Shown here one piece after another: positions 1-7,823 of a DNA stretch of 29,701 bases (within the stretch, counting starts at the first letter, position 1; each line of letters begins with the position of its first letter). The notes beneath the pieces are model-generated. The model was not told the DNA's origin and ran no database searches. It saw only the letters and a program-made list of their open reading frames with translations. The position numbers and the translations under genes are program-made. Source of the stretch: a virus. The stretch lies in UHGV virus genome UHGV-0181887; one strand, 5' to 3'.

Positions 1-40
1 TAAACCCTGTTTTCCTTGCCATAGACACCATCCCTGTCTT

Positions 41-67
41 CCCCCACATGATGTGGGGGTTTTTTTT
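41..67 (+). terminator. Rho-independent terminator-like hairpin (CCCCCACAT-G-ATGTGGGGG followed by a T-run of 8) at the left prophage boundary
   Basis: Perfect 9-bp inverted repeat at 41-59 followed by T8 at 60-67, read directly; plus-strand orientation suggests the 3' end of a flanking host transcript and the attL vicinity. Confidence 0.5.
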
Positions 68-145
68 ATCAATAACTTACGCATAACCCCAAGTAAAAAC
101 AGCTACTTATAAAAGGCTGGAGCCAGCCTGAGCCGTTTTGAATTT

Positions 146-178
146 CCCAGAGTGTGGACGCAATGTGGACACTCTGGG
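146..178. repeat. Inverted repeat (cccagagtg / cactctggg) enclosing two direct TGTGGAC copies, just downstream of the int stop; possible integrase arm-type sites or int terminator
   Basis: 9-bp arms at 146-154 and 170-178; TGTGGAC at 153-159 and 164-170; identification as Int arm sites is from memory of P2 attP and is uncertain. Confidence 0.3.
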
Positions 179-189
179 TCACTCTTATC

Positions 190-1170
190 TTAAAGCGATA
201 CGCCACCGGCAAGCGGATTTAGTGAGACAGCATTTTGCAGATAGTCTGGCGATAGATGCGCGTATACCATCGTTTGCTGAATGCTGGCGTGTCCTAAAAT
301 CTGCTGTAGCGCGATAATGTTTCCTCCGTTCATCATGAAATGACTTGCGAAGGTGTGACGCAGAATGTGCGTTGCCTGGTTCGGCGGTATGTCTGCTTTT
401 ACCGCCTTCAGTGTCAGACAAAACTTTTCATAGTCCACTTTAAACAGTTTCGCGCTTGCCTCCTTTTTGATCAGCTTTTCCAGTTCGGCAGAAATTGGAA
501 CGGTGCGCTTTTTCCCGTTTTTGGTCTTCAGGAACGTCACGCGGCAATTGACGATCTGTGAGGGCTTTAATGTTGCCAGTTCAGACCATCGAGCGCCGGT
601 GCTGACCCCCAGAAGGGCAATCAATCTTGCATCACCGGTTAATGCATTGAGCAAGCTGCTGATCTCTTCCTTTTCCAGAAATGTCATTTCCGGGTTTTCT
701 TCTGCCAGTGGCGGTAGTCCATGCACTGGATGAGCGCCGGAAAACTCTTCCAACTGAATCAACTTTGTGAACATGCCTGAAAAGCGGTACATATCACGGT
801 TGATTGTTGATGCCTTTATTCCATCGCGAAGCCGTATTGATCGGTAATCCATCAAAAGCCGTTTACTCACACGGCTAACAGGTATGTCACCGATGCCGCT
901 GATCGTCTTCGTCAGGTGGTTAAATTCCTTCTCACCGTGTTCATGGTTTTGACCGTGATACTTCCACCAGGTTTCCAGTAGTTCAGAGAGCGTGCGGCGA
1001 TCTGTTCTCTGGCCCGCCCATTCCTTCTGATTGGCGTTTGCTAATGTGTATCGCTCAAAAGCAACTGCCTCAGCCTTTCTTTCAAATTTCCGGCGGATGC
1101 GACGTCCTTCACGCCCGCGCGGTCTGATATCCACTTCATAACGCCCATCATCGAGTCTTTTGATACTCAT
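190..1170 (-). CDS. int: Tyrosine-recombinase phage integrase (P2 Int-like)
   Basis: 326-aa ORF; C-terminal catalytic region HILRHTFASHF...LGHASIQQTMVYAHL typical of tyrosine recombinases; position at the prophage edge next to the repressor. Confidence 0.9.
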   Translation of the reverse strand: MSIKRLDDGRYEVDIRPRGREGRRIRRKFERKAEAVAFERYTLANANQKEWAGQRTDRRTLSELLETWWKYHGQNHEHGEKEFNHLTKTISGIGDIPVSRVSKRLLMDYRSIRLRDGIKASTINRDMYRFSGMFTKLIQLEEFSGAHPVHGLPPLAEENPEMTFLEKEEISSLLNALTGDARLIALLGVSTGARWSELATLKPSQIVNCRVTFLKTKNGKKRTVPISAELEKLIKKEASAKLFKVDYEKFCLTLKAVKADIPPNQATHILRHTFASHFMMNGGNIIALQQILGHASIQQTMVYAHLSPDYLQNAVSLNPLAGGVSL

Positions 1171-1312
1171 AAGACCCTCCGAATAGAGCTTTCATATTTG
1201 CCCGGATTAACAGTTATTTTCCGGGGTAACTTGCTTACTTCTTTGTAATGCCGGAAGTTATATTTCCTTACAAGTAAACAACTTTTGTAATAAACATACG
1301 CCCGGTTAATAG

Positions 1313-1606
1313 TTAGCCAGTTTTGCGGCCTGAGGGTGACGAGGTTGTTTCGTCTTGCCCAGAGTGTGCGACGACCGGGGAAATTTGCCCGGCTTCAGGT
1401 GCTGTCTTGTCAGTCATAAGCCATAGCGTGTATTTCTGAAATTGCGGGTTGGTCGTTATCTTCAACAGGGCAGTGCCGCTGGGTTCAAAGTTTCCAGTTT
1501 CGTATTTCTTTAAGGTGCTGAGTGACAAGTCAATGATCTGGCTGAATTTCGCCTGACTTAACCCCTCCGCTTCCCTCAATGCTTTCACCTTTTCACTCAA
1601 TTTCAT
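1313..1606 (-). CDS. C: Immunity repressor (P2 C-like, HTH)
   Basis: 97-aa ORF with N-terminal helix-turn-helix-like segment (LSQAKFSQIIDLSLSTLKKYETG); transcribed divergently from cox; size matches P2 C (about 99 aa). Confidence 0.8.
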   Translation of the reverse strand: MKLSEKVKALREAEGLSQAKFSQIIDLSLSTLKKYETGNFEPSGTALLKITTNPQFQKYTLWLMTDKTAPEAGQISPVVAHSGQDETTSSPSGRKTG

Positions 1607-1658
1607 TTGACATGGAACCTATATGTGTCCTAAATTCCCCATCAATGGAACCTATATG
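1607..1658 (+). promoter_or_regulatory. Early promoter Pe with operator direct repeats (immunity switch)
   Basis: TTGACA at 1607-1612, 18-bp spacer, TAAATT at 1631-1636; 14-bp direct repeat ATGGAACCTATATG at 1612-1625 and 1645-1658 flanking the -10, as in the P2 O1/O2 operator layout. Confidence 0.6.
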
Positions 1659-1766
1659 GGTGCCATTACGGGCGAGAGTCCAGCAGGTCAGGAGGCATCC
1701 TGAACCGTTTTGAACCGGCTGGATCTTACAAGGTTAGCATGTAACCAAATGAGAATGGAGATAGTT

Positions 1767-2039
1767 ATGGATGCTACGGATTACGTTATTAAGTACCCGC
1801 TAGATGCGATACATCCTGACAAGTTTGCGGAATTGCTGGGTAAACCATCATCAGCCGTACAAACCATGCTTGAAAAAAATAAACTCCCGGTTATTGAGTT
1901 TCGAGATCCTTCAAAGCCAAAAGCGCGTGCGGGTGAAAAGCTGGTTTTTGTTCCAGAGTTCAATCGTGCTGTGCGTGAGGCGTTTTATAACCGCCCTATC
2001 GAACAGCGTGATGCCTGGTTACTCTGGATGGGGTTGTAA
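1767..2039 (+). CDS. cox: Cox-like excisionase / early regulator
   Basis: 90-aa ORF from ATG 1767 (GGAGA 5 nt upstream); first rightward gene opposite the repressor; size matches P2 Cox (91 aa). The track ORF starts at a TTG at 1710, judged less likely. Confidence 0.65.
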   Translation: MDATDYVIKYPLDAIHPDKFAELLGKPSSAVQTMLEKNKLPVIEFRDPSKPKARAGEKLVFVPEFNRAVREAFYNRPIEQRDAWLLWMGL

Positions 2040-2041
2040 TT

Positions 2042-2260
2042 ATGACGACAATCACCACTAGCCCATCGTTCGCCAGCTTGCTGACCAAGAGCCAGCAGAT
2101 CACGCACCGCGCCCACACTCGCGGCTGGCTGGAAACCCCGGACGGTCAATTCTTCCAGCCAAAAGCAACGGACGTGCAGTTTATTAAGCACAGCCGTTTG
2201 CCTTTCATGTCACGCCCCCGTAGCAAGCGTAATTGGCTTGTTCGCCTCTTGGGCATTTAG
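2042..2260 (+). CDS. Hypothetical early protein
   Basis: 72-aa ORF starting 3 nt after the cox stop; early-operon position; no recognisable motif. Confidence 0.5.
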   Translation: MTTITTSPSFASLLTKSQQITHRAHTRGWLETPDGQFFQPKATDVQFIKHSRLPFMSRPRSKRNWLVRLLGI

Positions 2261-2279
2261 TCGCATAGCAAAGGGATTG

Positions 2280-2465
2280 ATGATGCTCATTCAACTAAAC
2301 AGCAAAGAGGCAATCTATCGCGGCTTCAAAATAGTGAAGCTCCCGCGCCAAAAGCCGTATTCGCGCCAGCGCTATCAAATAACGAAAGATGGAAATTACC
2401 TGGGGCTGGACTTCGCATTATCCCAGGCTTGCCAAACCATCGATCAGCTTCAGCGGAGGTTTTAA
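2280..2465 (+). CDS. Hypothetical early protein (61 aa)
   Basis: In-frame ATG at 2280/2283 preceded by AAGGGA; the longer track ORF from 2238 would overlap the upstream gene. Confidence 0.4.
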   Translation: MMLIQLNSKEAIYRGFKIVKLPRQKPYSRQRYQITKDGNYLGLDFALSQACQTIDQLQRRF

Positions 2466-2466
2466 G

Positions 2467-2862
2467 GTGGTTACGTCAATTAATGCATCTGACCATCAGA
2501 CGGGCCGCCTCAAGTTTCTAGAGCAGCGCGCACGACTGCAAGCCAGCATTCATGCCAGCCGTACTAGTGACACTGCGGCCCGATTTGATCGCCTGGATGA
2601 AACACAGAAGAAGGTTGTTTTCATGCTGGCGAATGATGCTGCTTGCCGTGTTGCTGGCTTGCCGCAACTGACCCGCAATCTCCTGGCTGTGCCGTTTATT
2701 CAGATGGGCGAGGGAGAGCAAAAGACATTGTTATTAGGTATTAAACGCCTTACCGAATTTGCCGCCGTGCTGCCGTGGGAGTTTGAAGACTACGCCGCGC
2801 CGCGCGCTGAAATTCAGGCGATGCGAGACAAACCGGCGGAACCGGAAAAGCCAACCAACTAA
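2467..2862 (+). CDS. Hypothetical early protein, possibly replication-associated (occupies the P2 B region)
   Basis: GTG at 2467 with GGAGG 7 nt upstream; the alternative ATG at 2389 overlaps the previous ORF; function not recognisable. Confidence 0.45.
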   Translation: MVTSINASDHQTGRLKFLEQRARLQASIHASRTSDTAARFDRLDETQKKVVFMLANDAACRVAGLPQLTRNLLAVPFIQMGEGEQKTLLLGIKRLTEFAAVLPWEFEDYAAPRAEIQAMRDKPAEPEKPTN

Positions 2863-2932
2863 CAAATAACGAACCACGAAAAAGAAACAGGCGCTCACGC
2901 GTCGGGCTTCGTGCACCCTGGAGAAAGTAAAA

Positions 2933-3904
2933 ATGATTCGATCTCTCGTTAAATGGCCTGGTGGTAAAGGTCGCGTTTTACCTGATTTATTGCCGGTATT
3001 GCCGAAAGGTGATTGCCTGGTTGAGCCGTTTGTGGGCGGCGCTTCTGTCTTTCTGAATACCGAGTATCGCCGTTATGTTCTGGGCGACATAAACCCAGAT
3101 TTAATAAACCTTTATCGCCAGGTTGCGCATTTTCCAGATGGCGTCATTGAGGATGCGAAGCGACTGTTTAAAGTCTTTTGCACACCGGATGGGTATGCAG
3201 ATACAAGGGATGATTTTAACTCGCGTCGCCTCTCTCACCTCCCGGCGCAAGATGGCCCCAGCGCGGAGCATATAACCCGCGCAGCGCAATTTCTTTTCCT
3301 CAATCGCCACTGCTATAACGGAATGGTTCGCTACAACCAGAGCGGCGGCTACAACGTCCCTTACGGCAAGCATAAAACCGCGCCTTATTTCCCGGAAGAG
3401 CAGATCCGTTTGTTCTCTGAAAAGGCTAATGACACAAGGGCTATTTTCTTGTGTTGCTCATTTGAAAGCACAATCAGGGTTACTACTGATTGCGCTTCCG
3501 TTATTTATTGTGACCCGCCGTACCTACCAGTAAGCGACACCGCCAACTTCACCGAATATTACAGCGGCCCATTTGGTGAGAAACAACACCGCCAGTTGGT
3601 TGCGGCCCTCGTTGATGCAAACCGCGAGACGGGCGCGTCTGTCGTGATTTCTAACAGTGATACTCCGCTGACCCGCGAGATTTATAAAAACTTCCGCTTC
3701 CAGGAAATTGCCGTTCAGCGTTCGGTAAGTGCCAACACCCTGAAGCGCGAAAAGGCCAAAGAGGTGATCGGCGTTCTCAATGTGTGCGATGGCTGCGGGC
3801 GTGCCGGTGGTGGGCGTTGTCCTGATTGCGGCCCTGCTATGGGTGACGCGACTTACAGTGAAATGTTGGCAACGGCTGCGGCAAATGGCGTGGAGGCTTT
3901 CTGA
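2933..3904 (+). CDS. dam: DNA N6-adenine methyltransferase (Dam-like) with C-terminal Cys4 zinc-ribbon extension
   Basis: Motif I VEPFVGGASVF and motif IV DPPY (VIYCDPPYLP) read directly; C-terminal CDGCGRAGGGRCPDCG; GAGAAAG RBS before ATG 2933. Confidence 0.85.
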   Translation: MIRSLVKWPGGKGRVLPDLLPVLPKGDCLVEPFVGGASVFLNTEYRRYVLGDINPDLINLYRQVAHFPDGVIEDAKRLFKVFCTPDGYADTRDDFNSRRLSHLPAQDGPSAEHITRAAQFLFLNRHCYNGMVRYNQSGGYNVPYGKHKTAPYFPEEQIRLFSEKANDTRAIFLCCSFESTIRVTTDCASVIYCDPPYLPVSDTANFTEYYSGPFGEKQHRQLVAALVDANRETGASVVISNSDTPLTREIYKNFRFQEIAVQRSVSANTLKREKAKEVIGVLNVCDGCGRAGGGRCPDCGPAMGDATYSEMLATAAANGVEAF

Positions 3905-4167
3905 TGGCTACCGCGCAGGAGTTTATTGGATTTGACCCCGCCAGTCCGGACGGGGAAATCACCGCAATGATGGTTGTTGAACGCATTTATGACCGCTGGC
4001 AATTAGGCAACTTCTGGCTGGTTGAGTTTGACGCTTTTTATGACGGTGTTTGTGTTCGTGACACTGCGGCATTTGACACCTATGCAGAATCACTAACTTT
4101 CCAGCGCGGCAGTCCGGTTACGCTGGCGGTGGTTCCAGGTTATGCCGATGATGATTTGCCATTCTGA
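3904..4167 (+). CDS. Hypothetical protein, translationally coupled to dam (ATGA overlap)
   Basis: 87-aa ORF whose start overlaps the dam stop; no motif recognised. Confidence 0.5.
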   Translation: MATAQEFIGFDPASPDGEITAMMVVERIYDRWQLGNFWLVEFDAFYDGVCVRDTAAFDTYAESLTFQRGSPVTLAVVPGYADDDLPF

Positions 4168-4175
4168 GGGCCGCC

Positions 4176-6770
4176 ATGACTGATTTTGCATGGCCCTGGA
4201 ACGCGCCGCGCGCCGCTGTTGGCCCCTACGTCTACATTCCTAAAAAAATCGCCCCGCTTGCCGGGGCGGTGGCGCATCACCCAGCCGTTAAAAAACACAT
4301 CGATCACCTTTTCAAAGAAGCTGGTTATAACCCAGAAGAAGTCCGCGACCGCAACGCGTTAATCCAGGCGCTGGACAGATGCGAGCCGCGCGGGCTGCCA
4401 TTAGCCAGACATCAGGAATTTATCCGCCAGCAAAATGAAGCCGTCAAAGCGGCGGCGGCTGCCTGGGCAGATACGCCGGAAGGAGTGGAAGCGCGCCTCT
4501 TGTCTGAGCCGTATTACATTCGCGAAGTGTGGCGTAAAAAAATTGACTGGCTGCGGACTAACCGCGAAGCACGACACATTAATGATTTTCTTATGGGCAC
4601 CGTGAAAAAATCCTTAATGCGTCTTGATGTTGTTCGACGCCAGCAAGGCACAGAAACTTATGTCCGCAGTGAGTTGGCAGCGTACTGGCAGGAGGACTGG
4701 CAACGCCTTGCTGGTTTTACTAAGCGCGAGGTGTTAAGCGCAGCATATGAAATAGCTAATCGTCTGGAGGAAATGTTTAGCACGGAGTGTGAGGCGCAAA
4801 AGCTGACCGTTGAGTCTATGACAAACGATGAGCTTGATTGGCTTTACTGGCACCTGGGCCGTGAAATGCTGGCCTTGCGTGTTGTGCCGCCAGCCTGGGG
4901 CAAGCCGTGGGAGCGCGATCGTATCTTTACCGCCATTCTTCGGATGTCTTCGCCGGACTGGTGGGGGCGTAAAATCTGGCGTTTGCGCTGTGACTGGCGT
5001 GAAAATCAACTTCGTGCAGTTGGCGCAGTAAACAAAAAAGCACACGCCTATGTAAGCGCCAGTAGCCTGATTGAGTGGGAGGAACAGCGCCGGAAAAATC
5101 GCAACTTCATGAAAAATCATGAATTGGTCGATCAGGATGGTAACGTTTCTTCGCTGGAAGACATGATTAATAAATCCACGTCTAATCCGGCTATTCGTCG
5201 CCATGAGCTTATGGCTCGCATGGCTGGTGTGGAGCTTGTCGCCCAGAGTCGCGGCGATGTCGGCATCTTCCTGACTATTACGAGTCCGTCGAAATATCAC
5301 AGCAATATCCAATCCGGGCATCATAACGGTAAATGGAATCACACCACGGTTGCAGAGGCGCAGCAGTATTTATGCCGTGTCTGGAATCGTGCTACCGCCA
5401 AGCTGAAACGCGAAGATTTGCGCCCTTATGGCTTTCGTGTTGCGGAGCCGCATCACGATGGCACTCCGCACTGGCACGCCCTGATATTCATGCCGAAAGC
5501 TGAAGTTAAAGCGACTATCGCCATTCTTCGCGAGTACTTCATTAAGGAAGACCGCGCCGAGTTGGGCCGCAATACCGGTGCGCGTTTTAAATCCAAGAAA
5601 ATGGACCCGCGTAAGGGATCGGCAACGGCATACATTGCTAAATACATTTCAAAGAATATCGACGGACACGCCCTGGCGGGTGAACTGGATGACGAAAGCG
5701 GCAAGCCGCTTAATGAAACTGCTAAATACGCAATGGCGTGGGCGTCACTCCATCGCATACGGCAATTTCAGCCGCTGGGCCAGCCACCTGTGTCTGTTTA
5801 TCGCGAGTTACGCAAACTGAGCAACCAGATCACCGCGCGCCGGAAGATAGCCAACACCTTTAAGCGCGGCGCACCACAGATTGACGATCCTGCAATGGAT
5901 GCCGTTTGTGCCGCTGCGGATGTTGGATGCTTCGCAACCTACATCATCCGCCAGGGCGGTGTGTTGGTACCGCGTGATCGCTACGTGGTGCGCCTGGCAT
6001 ATCAGCCAGCCGAGGAAATGAATGCCTATTGTGAAACGCCCGATAAAGTTTTTGGCGTTTGGTCACCCCGGCTGGGTGACGTATCCCGCATTTGTACGCG
6101 TCTTGTTAAATGGACTATTCGCGCCAAATCATCAGCTAATACCGAGGCCGAACGCGGCCCCGGTTTGGGGGTTGACGTTTGCCCGTCGCCCTTGGGCGAC
6201 GCTTGGAGTTCTGTCAATAACTCTACGGAAGACGAAAAAATCACCGATTTTCAGCCTGACGATGAGGCAGAGACAGAAAATTCAGACGATGAAATCTTTG
6301 ATTTTGACAACATGACCGATAGGCAACGTCGCAAATTGTGGAAGCGGCTCCGGGAAATGCCGCCGCCGTGCCGAAATGTTGCCCCGCCATATCCTCCAGG
6401 TAGTGATTTAGATATTGCCTGGCGGGCTGCCGCCGAAAAATTAGAGTCAAGACGCCTGGCTGAAGATGCCCAGCGCGTAGGTATGGGCCCGGCGATAGCC
6501 CGTCTGGAGTCAGAAGCTGCGTTGCATGGTCTGGAGCTTGGCGAGGCGTTGGCGGTATCGCTGTTGAAGGGTGGAAGCCTGACTGTTGGGGCAAAAGTTT
6601 ATCGCGCAAAAGTTAGCGGCGAGCTAATCACGCGTCAGCAATTCGATGAGTCAGTGAAAGTGAATAGGTTGTGGGAACGGCTGAGGGATAACCACGGTGT
6701 GAACATCACCGAGCTGAGATTTGACCCGGTTGGGGAGTATCAAAAAATGCTCAAGTTAGTCACCGGGTAA
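4176..6770 (+). CDS. A: Rolling-circle replication initiator endonuclease (P2 gpA-like)
   Basis: 864-aa ORF; HUH-type motif PHWHALIF and paired-tyrosine motif YIAKYISK characteristic of the P2 A / phiX174 A family; position after the early genes. Confidence 0.85.
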   Translation: MTDFAWPWNAPRAAVGPYVYIPKKIAPLAGAVAHHPAVKKHIDHLFKEAGYNPEEVRDRNALIQALDRCEPRGLPLARHQEFIRQQNEAVKAAAAAWADTPEGVEARLLSEPYYIREVWRKKIDWLRTNREARHINDFLMGTVKKSLMRLDVVRRQQGTETYVRSELAAYWQEDWQRLAGFTKREVLSAAYEIANRLEEMFSTECEAQKLTVESMTNDELDWLYWHLGREMLALRVVPPAWGKPWERDRIFTAILRMSSPDWWGRKIWRLRCDWRENQLRAVGAVNKKAHAYVSASSLIEWEEQRRKNRNFMKNHELVDQDGNVSSLEDMINKSTSNPAIRRHELMARMAGVELVAQSRGDVGIFLTITSPSKYHSNIQSGHHNGKWNHTTVAEAQQYLCRVWNRATAKLKREDLRPYGFRVAEPHHDGTPHWHALIFMPKAEVKATIAILREYFIKEDRAELGRNTGARFKSKKMDPRKGSATAYIAKYISKNIDGHALAGELDDESGKPLNETAKYAMAWASLHRIRQFQPLGQPPVSVYRELRKLSNQITARRKIANTFKRGAPQIDDPAMDAVCAAADVGCFATYIIRQGGVLVPRDRYVVRLAYQPAEEMNAYCETPDKVFGVWSPRLGDVSRICTRLVKWTIRAKSSANTEAERGPGLGVDVCPSPLGDAWSSVNNSTEDEKITDFQPDDEAETENSDDEIFDFDNMTDRQRRKLWKRLREMPPPCRNVAPPYPPGSDLDIAWRAAAEKLESRRLAEDAQRVGMGPAIARLESEAALHGLELGEALAVSLLKGGSLTVGAKVYRAKVSGELITRQQFDESVKVNRLWERLRDNHGVNITELRFDPVGEYQKMLKLVTG

Positions 6771-6882
6771 AAATATCAACCGCGCGGGCCGTCGCAACTT
6801 GTTGTGATGGTTCGCGTGGTTCTGCGGGTGCGGGCGGCAAAGAGTCCGCAAGGTTTGTTTTTAAAAGCGAGAGGTTAAGAAA

Positions 6883-7098
6883 GTGAAAGCAAGTTATATC
6901 AGTTACTTTGAAGGCTGCAATGCGGCAGGTCATGTTGTTTTTGCTGGTAATGGATCAGCCACGGTTGAGTATGATGATGGTGATTGCGTTGATCCGGGTG
7001 GGTTTCTTGATTCTCATAAGGCCGCGCTTTTGAAGGCGGCCCAGGCGAAAAATCCTGGTGTTGTGTTCGTTTATATTAAGAATATTGTAAGGCTCTAG
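6883..7098 (+). CDS. Small hypothetical protein (71 aa) in accessory island 1
   Basis: GTG start with GAGGT 7 nt upstream; followed immediately by a hairpin terminator; occupies the P2 orf91/tin/old region. Confidence 0.45.
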   Translation: MKASYISYFEGCNAAGHVVFAGNGSATVEYDDGDCVDPGGFLDSHKAALLKAAQAKNPGVVFVYIKNIVRL

Positions 7099-7106
7099 AC
7101 TGCTGC

Positions 7107-7136
7107 AAAGGCCGCCTTGTTGGGCGGCTTTTCTGC
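7107..7136. terminator. Bidirectional intrinsic terminator between convergent genes
   Basis: GCCGCC-TTGTTG-GGCGGC hairpin (7111-7128) followed by TTTTCTGC on the plus strand; A-rich flank gives a weaker T-tail on the minus strand. Confidence 0.6.
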
Positions 7137-7144
7137 AATGGAGG

Positions 7145-7648
7145 TTACTTGTTTTTTTTGAGTGGGTTCTTTTTCCATCGCTTAACTAGCCACTCGAATT
7201 CTTGATAGGTGGTCTCTGAGTTAATGTGCTCTCTGATGGCTTTAATCAGCGGTTCGGCAATATCAAACGTTTCAATTACAGTGCTGTAAGATGTGCGTTT
7301 GATCATCTCTTCGTTATAGATGCCCTCACGAATGCTGACCGCTACTCTTTCGTAAAAATTCAGAATGTACTGAAATTTTCGACGCTCAACCATTTCATCT
7401 TCAGTGATAGCACCGCCATTGCATGGGAAAACATAAGCGCGAAAAGATTTTCCTGAACGATGTACCTGTTTTAAAACGTGGAGCGATTCTAGGTATTGCG
7501 CGTCCTGGCGGCTCTCAAATAAAAAGTTTGCAGTCTGCGTTTTCTTTGCCGTTCGAACGTTGTAGATAATCGTTACGATAGCGGCAACAACACCGAGAAA
7601 AACAACGGCGCTGCTAATGATGGAAAGTGTGTTTGCGTCGAGAGTCAT
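7145..7648 (-). CDS. Membrane-anchored protein of unknown function (N-terminal TM helix, about 135-aa cytoplasmic domain); candidate exclusion/defence gene
   Basis: 167 aa from ATG 7648; hydrophobic segment LSIISSAVVFLGVVAAIVTIIY; visibly AT-richer than flanking phage genes; lies in the P2 tin/old variable locus next to cos. Confidence 0.6.
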   Translation of the reverse strand: MTLDANTLSIISSAVVFLGVVAAIVTIIYNVRTAKKTQTANFLFESRQDAQYLESLHVLKQVHRSGKSFRAYVFPCNGGAITEDEMVERRKFQYILNFYERVAVSIREGIYNEEMIKRTSYSTVIETFDIAEPLIKAIREHINSETTYQEFEWLVKRWKKNPLKKNK

Positions 7649-7660
7649 CAAATTTTATCC

Positions 7661-7688
7661 ATAAAAAAGGCGGGGTAAAATCCCCGCC
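7661..7688 (-). terminator. Intrinsic terminator immediately upstream of the membrane-protein gene (attenuator-like)
   Basis: Minus-strand reading GGCGGGG-AUUUUA-CCCCGCC followed by UUUUUU; sits between the 11-codon leader ORF and the 7648 start codon. Confidence 0.6.
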
Positions 7689-7706
7689 TCGTAGAGGTCA
7701 TGCGGC

Positions 7707-7742
7707 TTAGAAGCCGTCAAATTCATCAAACATATTTTTCAT
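7707..7742 (-). CDS. Putative 11-aa leader peptide MKNMFDEFDGF
   Basis: ATG at 7742 preceded by AGGAGG with a 6-nt spacer (minus strand), stop TAA at 7709-7707, then the terminator 18 nt downstream; coding status unproven. Confidence 0.35.
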   Translation of the reverse strand: MKNMFDEFDGF

Positions 7743-7794
7743 AACCAACCTCCTCAGATTCTGCTGTAACCACGCGCAGTGGTTGTATGTGACA

Positions 7795-7823
7795 AAATTA
7801 CCCCAAACGTAATAGGTAGTCAA
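7795..7823 (-). promoter_or_regulatory. Candidate sigma70 promoter for the leader/membrane-protein unit
   Basis: Minus-strand TTGACT (7823-7818), 17-bp spacer, TAATTT (7800-7795), a weak -10; a 14/16 near-palindrome TGCGCAAATTTGCACA at 7855-7870 lies upstream. Confidence 0.25.

Noticed and set aside
41-67. Boundary hairpin as the 3' end of a tRNA gene (common P2-like integration target)
   Set aside because: Only about 40 nt of upstream sequence is available and it shows no T-arm/acceptor-stem pattern or CCA end; better explained as a protein-gene terminator.
185-421. 78-aa minus-strand ORF overlapping the integrase 3' end
   Set aside because: Out-of-frame overlap with a well-supported integrase gene; no RBS; typical shadow ORF.
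3101-3373. 90-aa antisense ORF inside dam
   Set aside because: Overlaps conserved methyltransferase motifs on the opposite strand; no translation signals.
4734-5342. 202-aa antisense ORF inside replication gene A
   Set aside because: Entirely within the A coding region on the opposite strand; GC-rich shadow ORF with no start context.
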